In this document: positions 55,458-64,000 of the stretch, piece by piece
Position numbering within the stretch: the stretch's first letter is position 1
How the letters are laid out: every line of letters starts with the position of its first letter
Assembly: GCF_009914755.1 (NCBI RefSeq)
Contig: NC_060938.1
Source of the DNA: the human T2T-CHM13v2.0 reference genome, Homo sapiens
Direction: 5' to 3' (one strand)
Length of the DNA stretch: 64,000 nt
Made by a program: the position numbers and the translations under genes
The notes under the pieces: model-generated
Databases searched by the model: none
The model's input: only the letters and a program-made list of their open reading frames with translations
What the model was told of the DNA's origin: nothing

Positions 55458-55890
55458 CACAGTGACACAGACCTCACCCCAAACCTACCGCCAGGCCTGG
55501 GGAAACCCGGGATGTCCAGGGCTGACCTGAGGAGGTAGCAGGGCACCGAGGGGAGGCTGTGGGCCCAGCGCTCTCAGGTCTACTGCGGGGACACTCGGGT
55601 CTGCCCCTGGCTTAGGTGGACAGTGTCCGTGCCCACCTGTGCCCTGAGGCTCCATTTCAGGCTGATATCTGTCTGTATTGTCCCTACCCGCTGCATGGCC
55701 ATGTCCTTTTGGGTTTATAAATTGCCCCCAAATCACGCAGGCATCATTCAGGCTTTTTATATTCCCTGGGCCACCAGGTGCCTCCACCCAGAAAGCTGAG
55801 ATGTGGGAGGTTCTAGAGTCATTCTGCAACCCTGGATGAGCCCCTGCAGCCTCAGTGCTACTGAGGTTCCAGCAAGACCTGGAGCAGGTG

Positions 55891-56145
55891 CAGATGAGGC
55901 CTGAGGCCAGGTGAAGCCCAGGCCAGGTGAGGTCCAGGCCAGTGAGGCCCAGGTCAGATGAGGCCCAGGTCAGGTGAAGCCCAGGTCAGGTGAAACCCAG
56001 GTCAGGTGAGGCCCAGATCATGTGAGCTCAGGACAGGCAAGGTCCAAGTCAGGTGAGGCCGAGCTCAGGTGAAGCCCAGAGGTGAGGTCTAGGCCAGGTG
56101 AGGTCCAGGCCAGGTGAGGTCCAGGTCAGGTGAGGCCCAGGTCAG
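55891..56145. repeat. 16-bp CAGGTGAG minisatellite, ~16 degenerate copies
   Basis: Paralogue of the 27642 array. Confidence 0.9.
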
Positions 56146-57893
56146 GCAAGGCTGAGGTAGATGTATGAGACTTCTGTAATTTTCAGTTGGTGCCAACCCT
56201 GCCTGGTGTCCCTGCCCCTCCTCCCAGCCCATGCTCTGTGCCTGCCAGATGGCGGCCCCTGCATGGGTGCTGCTGGCTGTGGAGGAGCTGGGCTCTGCCT
56301 CCCTGTGCATGGGCGTCCCTCTCGGGCTCTGGCCTGGGAGTGTGGCTGAGTTGCTTGTCTCCGGAATGTACCAACTGTGCCGTCCTTGGGGGTATATGTC
56401 CTCGGGGGGATACGGCTCTGTGCCTGCTCCACATCAGGCCCCAGGAGCTGCCAGCAGGTACCAGCCTGCCCTGCCACACAGTGTGCCTGCAGCCTGTCCG
56501 GGGATGCCCAGGGAGGTGAGTGCCACCACATATCAGGCCTTTTCTCTTTAAAGTCATTTCTTTGGGGATACATCATCAATGTCTCATATACTGAATGTAT
56601 GTCTGTATCATTGTGCAATTGCCTGTGTCATCGTTTATTTATCCAACCTGGGTTAATGTCTTTGCTATTATGAACAGTGCTGGACTGAGAATTTTCTAAA
56701 CACAGCTGTGTGCATTTTCCTCTTCTTGCAATTTAGAATTTTAACTGCTGTTTTCAAGGTACTGTAATGTATTTGTTCTCTTCTTGTTAGGAGACTTGCC
56801 AACCCTGTGTGTCTCAGTTCATACCCTCTTCCTTCCCCAGTAGAAGTAACGACCACTGTGTTTATGTGATCATCCTTTTCTTGATTTTCCTTATAGTTTT
56901 CCTAGTGGAAAGTTTATCCCTTAAGAAGATAGTTCATTTTGCCGGCTGTAAATTTTATTTAGAAGAAATCACATTGAAAGTATTTTTTGGACTTTCCTTT
57001 GTTACTCCAATTACTCAGCATTGTCATGAACTCAACCACAGAGTCACCTGTAACCCTCACTGTTGTCCTTCTGGCTGTCTGGGTTTGCATTTCATGAACC
57101 TGCCATCGTTTATTTGCCTGTTTTCCTTCAGATGGCTGTTTGCTTCATTCTCAGTTTGGGGCTATGACAAACATATGTTCTGCACATCTTTGCCCATGAG
57201 GCTCTCAGGGAGGGCTCTGGAGCTGGCATTGCCTGCAGGGCTCTGCTTTGTTGCAGGGAGTTCCTGCCAAGGCTTTTCAGAGTGTCTGTGCCCAGCCTGA
57301 AGGTACACACTGTACTTTGCCCTTGCATCAGGCACTTTCCTTGTGCTTGTTTCTGTGTGGCTCCACATTCTGGAGAATTTATTCAGATCTGTGCTGCAAA
57401 TCCATTTCACTGATTCTCTCTTTAGCTGTGTCTACATCAGCTGTTAAGCATCCCATGATGCAGCATTGTGGGCACAGGGCAAACTCTTGAAAGATGACAG
57501 TGTAGGATAGCGGCTGCTTCTCCTTCCCTGTGCCCTTCCCACACTGTCCTCCTGGGCTCACTCCCAGCCATCGATCTTGAACACCAGTTTATGGAACTAT
57601 CTGCACAGGAAAGCAGAAACAGCAAAAGGCCCTGCTCAGGCTCTGCCCGCATCCCCTCTTGCACACCCGCCAAAGCTCTTTCCTTGGGGCCTGTGCAAGC
57701 TTCCCAGCTGCTTCTCATTTTCTGTTTACTCTGCTCACTGGCCAGTGGGGTGATGTCTGGGGGGGAGTCTGGTGCGTTTTGGGCATTGATGGCCACCCCT
57801 AGGCCCTACTTCCCAGACGCTCCCCCCAGCCCCTCAGCTCCAGAAGTGGAAGCGTTTACAGCAGGGCTTTGGGAATGGGGCTGTGTCACTGTG

Positions 57894-57924
57894 GGCATAG
57901 CAGCTGGTACTACTACAATATCCT
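57894..57924 (-). CDS. IGHD2-2: D2-2 AGGATATTGTAGTAGTACCAGCTGCTATGCC (*01-like)
   Basis: cactgtg | cacagtg-12-acaaaatcc; GYCSSTSCYA. Confidence 0.98.
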
Positions 57925-60569
57925 CACAGTGACACGAGCCCCCACAAAATCCTCCTGTCCCCGCGGGAGTCACTGAGTCCCCTCTTGCTGTCTCTGGCTA
58001 GTTCTCCTGCTGATACTATGATTTCCAGGGGGTTTTTGTCTGAAACTCAGGGTGTGTTGGAGAGGACTCTGAGCCCAGTGCTGTACAGGGGGCTCCTCCT
58101 TTGTCCTGGGGGAGTTGCGTGGACCCTGTTTTTGGTCAAGGGAAGTACTTGCTGGTGAAGGAGACCTCCCCTCCTTTCTTTCTCAGGAGCCCCCTCTGAT
58201 GCCGTTGCCTGGTGTTTCTCAGGGCTGGTGCTGGGGGCTCAGCAGTGTCTGCCCTGTTCCAGGTGGGAATGTGGGTCTGTTCTGTTTCCACGCGGTGTTC
58301 TGGGGCCGCCAGTGAGGGGCTCGGGATGTCAGCGGCTGGTCTCTGTCCCTATGGTCTGGGCTCCGGTTCACTGCTCCCCTGCCCTCCAGGTCGGTCACTG
58401 ACTCAGTTACTATCCAGCGGGCTCCGTGGCTGTTCAGTGGTGGCTGCAGGTCTCTTCCCAGGAGAGGCCTGCGAGAGGGCTGGGCTGTCTGGGAGCCCTG
58501 CATTCTCCCATGATGTTGCTGCCTGGATCCCTCGTCTTTACAGGGAGTGCCGAGCCTCCCTGCAGGTGCGGGCAGTGAGAGACACAGGCGGACGTGCATC
58601 AGGGTGCTGGAGGCCGATTTCTTTCAGTGCCTTCTGCCTGTGGAAGGGCTGAGCTCCCTGCTTCTGTGCACAGGAGGCTGCCGTGTAACCGGGCAGTGAG
58701 GGCAAGGGCCTGCATGGGGAAGACTTGGGTGAGCCTTTGTCCTGGAAATACCAGGGCTGGGTCCAAGAGGGGAGCGGGGTCAGAGTGTCCAGGAGGAAGG
58801 TGAGGGCATGGGCAGTGTGGGGGTGGGAGTGCACGGTCAGTGCCATGGCTCAGGGGCCCCAGGAGAGGAAGAGCTCGAGTTGTGGGCAGGAGGAGGCAGG
58901 GGGTAGGCACAGAGGGTAGAAACTGAGGCTCTGGCAGCAGAAAAGGGGAGGGCCTGCATGTGCAGGGTTGGCCTGGGAGGGGTGTCTGGAGGGAGAGACA
59001 GGGGTCTGGGTGGAGACCAGGGTGTAGGCTGCAGGGATGGGACCCCAGGGTTGTCTGGATGGGCAGGAAGAGCAGCGGGGGAGAAAGGGCTGGAGGCAGG
59101 GTTGGGCCTCCCCAGGGTGTGGGGTGCAGGGAGGGGCTGCACAGGCTGTTCCCCTGAAGGAGGGAGGAGGGAGGGAGCACAGAGGTGCTGGGAACAAATG
59201 GAGAGGGAAGTGGCAGCGGCCCGAGTGCCAGGCGGTCCCGGTTTGGGGTTGATCTTTGTGGAACAGCTCCCTGGCCCGTGTGTAAGTGGTCGGGGGAGGC
59301 ACGGAGGTCTGGAGCTACAAGCGGTGGCAGGAAGGCAGGTCCCAGTCTTGGGGGTCTGGAGCTTATCTTCTTCCTGTGAACTGAGTGTGGGCAGCACCTA
59401 TGGGCGGTGCCCTGGACCTGTGGTCTGGTGGAGTCCAGGCCTCCCAGGGACAGCAGGGCAGCCAGGGCTAGAGGAGCCTGAGGGTCCAGGTCAGGGTGGC
59501 CCTGGGGCCACTGCCTCCACCTTTGACCAGCTCTGCTGTGGGGATCTGGGCATGAGACCCCTTCACCCAGGAGGGGAGCCGCGTGAGTGAGACCCTAAGT
59601 CCATACCCCATGGGGGGCTCTGACCCTCCTGCATAGGGCCTGGACAGGGGTGGGTGGGGTGTGCGGGGGGCGGTGGGGAGCCCAGACTCTCCCAGACACA
59701 GCCTGCTCTGCTCCAGAATGTGGGCTTGGGCACTGCAGGCTGGCTGGGTCTGGGCTGCCTGGTGTGCCTGTGGTGGCTGCATTCCCGCAGCCGGGACTGA
59801 GGCCTAGTGAGGACCGGGGAGGAGCCTGAAGGGAGCTCCATGGAGGACCTGCCTCGGATGACACCCCTATCTTAAGAAGGTCATGGTGGGTTCCAGCTGG
59901 GAGGAAGGGAAGTGGGCCACCTCCTGGGGGTCTTCCACCCCCACCACCTCAGCCTGGGGCCTCTGTGATTCCTCTCTGCACAGACCCCAAAGTCTGTGCT
60001 GCCGCAGGGCAGGAAGGAAGGGCCTGTGGCCTGGTCGAGGTTGGGGCCACAGTGGTGTTCCCTAAGCCCGAGTCTGGTCTCATGGCCCGCCCCGCAGCAG
60101 GTCCTGAGTGAGGGACAGAGACCGGGGCGGGGTCTTTGGTCCTGGTGGACTCTGGGGTGGATTCCAGTGGGGAGTCATCAGGGTCGGTGTCCCCCAGGGT
60201 ACTGGGGTGTCTCTGCTCCTGGAGTCGGCTCTGGATGTGGGGTTTATGCCTGTGCTGCCTGGGGTTGATGCTGGGAGGTGCCAGTGACCCCCGTTTCCCT
60301 GAGGGACTCTTGTCGGTGGTAGGGTCAGTTCTGGCCAGGAGCACTGGGACCATAGCAGTAGGATGGGGTCCAGCCCCTTCCATGACCCCCTGGAGCCCTG
60401 GTCCCCGTCCTCACCATTCAGTGGGGTTCAGTGGGGACTCCGTTGTGCTCTGGGTGCTGGGGGTCGTGTGAGCTGAGCAGGACCTAGGTTCGGGGCGGCT
60501 GCTCCCCTCTCTGGCGCGGCCTCCAGCAGGGGCCAGGAGACAGTTTTGGACACAGTTTTTCTCACGGTG

Positions 60570-60586
60570 GTCGTTCCAGTTGTACC
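60570..60586 (-). CDS. IGHD1-1: D1-1 GGTACAACTGGAACGAC
   Basis: agttttgga-12-cacggtg | caccgtg-12-tcagaatct. Confidence 0.97.
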
Positions 60587-62160
60587 CACCGTGACTCGGG
60601 GCTGTTCAGAATCTGCCCCGGCGCCCTGAGCTCTGGGGCCTCCTGGATGGGGGCTGGGCTTGTGGGCGGCATCTCCTTCGGGGGCTCTGGAGGCTGGGGC
60701 TCGCTTTAGTTGTGGGGTGAGCACTGGGAGCCCCAGTTAGCGGAACACCCACAGAGACCGGGGCCTGTACACATTCCGCCCCGGTGTGTGGGGTGGGCCC
60801 AGGCCCCTCTGGGCAGGTCAGCTTCAACGGGGAGGGTGCTTGGGTCCTGTTAGTTTTCCTCTGGGTTAATAGGATTCATCTCCTGGCCCCAGATCCTCAT
60901 AGGCTGCCCCTGTCCCTCCAGCAATGCAGGACATGGCAGGTCACCCTGGAGGGAGGCATGTTCTGGCCTGGGCGTCAGGTGTGGCACCTCAGATCCTCCA
61001 TGCGTGCTGTGGGCTGAGCAGGACAGCAGACGACCCCGGGCCCCCACCCTGTCTATGGACATTTTTTGCTGCAGCAGCTGTGGGAGCTGACAGTGTTCAC
61101 AGCCACACCAAGGTCATCATTGTAGTCAAGGCTTTCTAAAAGTTTCATTGTGAGGAAGCCTCCTATTAAACGGCGCCTGGGCCCTGCTTCCTGAGGGTTA
61201 CTGCTGAGTCCCGGATTTCCCGTAGAGGCGATGAGAGGAGAGCAGAGGGAGGAGGAGGGGGATGAGCTGGGCCCTGCAGAAGGGGGTGCTTGGGTTGGGG
61301 TCTGTGGAGTGAAGATCTGGGCTCCTAGGGGCCACCCAGACAACCGTCCTCCCTGTTCACACCTTGAGGGTCCCAGCAGGAGCCAGGTGGGGAGACTGTG
61401 AGGAGAGGGCCTGTGTCTTGTCTTCCTTGGGCCGTGGGACAGGGTGGAGGTTGAGGGCGTCTTTCCCAGGGGATCACAGAACAGCACCTCTGCTGTGGGG
61501 GGGCATCCAGCACGGGGGGCTGGGCTGTGGGGTGCAGGGCAGGAGGGGGCGTGCACGGGAGGGGTGTGGCCCAGTCATTCCTGCATTCACAATCTTTCTT
61601 GTCCTGGGCACCTGCACTAGACCCTGGCCTGGAGGGGGCGGCTTCCTAGCCTGCAGCGTCCCTGGAGTCTGCTCTGACTCTGGACCTGGGGACAGGAGCC
61701 AGGCAGGAGGTCAGCAGCCTCCTAGGACAGCAGGAGGGCCCAGGCCAGTGCCTAGCAGACTTCTGCTGGAGTGGGGTCCCCGGGGCAGGGAGATAATGAT
61801 TTCTAGAAGTGTCTGTGTCTCTGAGTGTGCAAGTTTGTCCAAACTGTCCACCAGGTGTGATTAGGTAAACATAGGCAGACTTGAGTTCAGGTGGAGGAAA
61901 CTGAGTTTTGTCCTTAACTCCCTACCGACTCTAGGGGAATGAGCCAAGCTCCATTATCATCTGTGCAGAAGCCACAGCCTTGTAAAGGGAGGTGGTAGGG
62001 GAGCAGGGAGGGTGCTCGGGGCTCAGTCGTCGGGGAAGGGAAAAGTTGCCCAGCGCTGGTCAGCGTCCCCGGGATGGGGCCAGTTGTGTCCGTGCCGGCC
62101 ACTGTTGAGGTCAGGATTCTGTCCTCCCAGAGCCTGGAGACACAGGCCCCATCCTTCCCA

Positions 62161-63724
62161 ATGGGGACACTTCAGGGAGCGGCTCTCAGGTCCCGAGAAA
62201 GACCCTCCTGGCCACAGGAGACACACGGACATCGGGAACGGACGGAGGAAGGATGTGCAGTTGCAGCCTTTTCAGCAGACGCCCTGAGAACGGGAGGTCA
62301 AGAGTTGGAGCAGACGGTCAGTTCTGGTGCGTGGAGCTTTCTCAGGCAGGTGTTAATGGGGCTGGGGTCAGCCTAGGGGCGTGACCTGAAGCCACTGGAA
62401 GCCTTGCTGGGGTCTGGCTCTCTCTTGGTGCGGGGGGGTGGAGGGAGCCCTGACAATAGAGCACTGGGGGGCCTCCAGGAGACCATCCCTGCAGCAGCTG
62501 GGCCATGCTCTGAGGACCAGGAGACCATCCCTGCAGCAGCCGGGCCATGCTCTGAGGACCAGGAGACCATCCCTGCAGCAGCCGGGCCATGCTCTGAGGA
62601 TGTGGGACGAGGACCCCCACTGTCTCTGAGTGTAGGGTGGTGACTTCTTTGCACAGACTGGCCAGGGGTCCCCCAGGGGCACAGTACAGGTATCCCTGGG
62701 CTGCAGGGCTGGGGGACATCAGAGCGGCTCTCTGGGCTTGGCAGCCACCTCAGGTGGGATCAGAAGGGGAGGCAGTGCCTGGTGCTTCCCCTCCAGGCCT
62801 CTCTCCATGGTGTCCAGGGTAGTTTCTGGGGCTTTGGTGCCAATTCCTCAGGCCAGGGTCCTACCCTTCTTGGTGCCGTGATGCTTGGGGGCTCTGGAGG
62901 AAGCCCCAGCTTTGGCCACTCCTGCACTGCCTGGGGCTCCAGTCCTGCTGCGCCTTGAGGGGAACCCAGGGCCCCAGCCTTGGCCCTGTAAGGTCAGATG
63001 GGGGCTGGGCTCCAGCATCCTGCCGCTTGGTTTAGTTCCTAAATGACAGGGAGGCAGACTCTGGCTGAGCTCAAGACCTGTCCCCAGGCTCTGCACCAGA
63101 GCAGGGTCCCCCAGCAGAGGCTGTGTGGAGCTGGGCAGGGTTCCCACTTTGTGGGGAGTTCCCTGGACCTGGAGACTCAACCCTCAGCCTCCTTGATGAT
63201 AAATGATGCGTCCTGTGACTGTCTTGGCCCAGACCATCAGATGGCCTCCTCACCTACCCCTCTTCAGACAGGGCCTCAGACCTAAGGCAGGAGCACCCCC
63301 TATGCCAGACCTCCTGGGTCACAGGATATGCACGGACATTGGGAAGGGATGGAGGATGGACGGAGGAAGGACGTGCAGTTGCAGCTCTTTCTGCAGATGC
63401 CCTGAGAGAGGAGGTAGGAGCACCCTTGCTGTGGTTTGAATGCTTCTCTCCTCCAAAACTCATGTTGAAATTTCATTGCCATTGTAACAGTATGAAGAGT
63501 GATTAGGTCATAAGGTCCCCACCTCATGGGTGGGATTGGTGCTGTTATAAAAGGGTGAGTTCGGCCCCCTCTTGCTCTCTTTCTTGCCTTCCGCCATGTG
63601 ATGACACAGCAAGAAGGTCCTCGCCAGATGCTCCTGGACTTGCTTTGGACTTTCCCTTGCTCTTGGACTTGCTCTGGCACCTGTGCTCTTGGACTTCACA
63701 GCCTCTAGAACTGTGAGAAATAAA
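62161..63724 (+). ncRNA. FAM30A: Part of FAM30A/KIAA0125 (antisense B-cell lncRNA) with a putative spliced 134-aa ORF: exons 62161-62316, 63272-63413, 63610-63716
   Basis: GT-AG joins give an in-frame MGTLQGAALR...ELEQT/GLRPKAGAPP...CPERG/ARRSSPDAPG...QPLEL*; AATAAA at 63719-63724; matches my recollection of the putative FAM30A product and its position next to D1-1; transcript 5' end not determinable. Confidence 0.75.
62475..62600. repeat. 42-bp tandem repeat, 3 copies
   Basis: ccaggagaccatccctgcagcagc(t/c)gggccatgctctgagga at 62475, 62517, 62559. Confidence 0.97.
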
Positions 63725-63791
63725 TTTCCGTTCAGTATAAATTTCCCAGTCTTGGGTATTCTATTCTAACAGCACAAAACAGTCTAAGACA
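63427..63791 (+). mobile_element. MaLR solo LTR (MST-type)
   Basis: tgctgtggtttgaatg...ctccaaaactcatgttgaaa...ggacttcacagcctctagaactgtgagaaataaa...ctaagaca; TG..CA ends; near-TSD accct(63422-63426)/acccc(63792-63796). Confidence 0.9.
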
Positions 63792-64000
63792 ACCCCATAT
63801 TCAGACCTAAGGTGAGATAACCCCAACCAATATCTAAGGATCCCCTGCTCCAGACCTTGGTGGTGAGGTCAATACAGGACTCCCTCTGAGGGAAGCCCTG
63901 ACAGCGATGCCTGGGAAGGCATCTCTAGGGCCCAGTGGGCCAGGGGAGGCCCAGGACACACCTGCATCATCTCTCATAATCCCTCCATTCTGTTATAACA

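Larger units (their letters stand above)
20870..61830. repeat. IGHD cluster tandem segmental duplication: four full D1-D6-D5-D4-D3-D2 units plus a degenerate fifth
   Basis: D1 paralogues at 22178, 32254, 41707, 50976, 60570 (periods 10076, 9453, 9269, 9594); intergenic blocks highly similar. Confidence 0.97.

Noticed and set aside
60521-60536. IGCR1-equivalent CTCF site near D1-1 (ctccagcaggggccag)
   Set aside because: Mismatch in the core GGC, no divergent partner site identifiable by eye; needs ChIP data
20600-61900. Many 100-357 aa ORFs recurring in each D unit (e.g. 22592-23665, 31070-32047)
   Set aside because: GC-rich stop-poor DNA; frames break between paralogues; no domains; recurrence reflects DNA duplication

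Overview
This is unrearranged (germline) human immunoglobulin heavy-chain locus (IGH, 14q32.33), with the locus transcribed on the minus strand. Left to right: the 5' part of the S-mu switch region (1-~1975), the I-mu exon and E-mu intronic enhancer (~2870-4150), the JH cluster (JH6, J3P, JH5, JH4, JH3, J2P, JH2, JH1, with D7-27 and J1P), a 50-bp VNTR, a LINE-1/Alu block (~10-20.3 kb), all 26 upstream D segments (D1-26 to D1-1) in ~9.3-10 kb tandem duplication units, and the FAM30A/KIAA0125 region with a MaLR LTR. The main 'system' (RAG V(D)J recombination signals, AID class-switch substrate) is well known, not new. Nearly all ORFs in the supplied track are spurious. The second-look items are smaller: (a) relic D-like segments at a fixed slot in each unit; (b) CAGGTGAG 16-mer arrays next to each D3; (c) a D5-12-like sequence in the D5-18 slot; (d) broken RSS heptamers; (e) candidate CTCF sites; (f) a FAM30A ORF assembled from a local duplication plus an LTR. 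Allele numbers and subfamily names are from memory and need checking against IMGT and Dfam.
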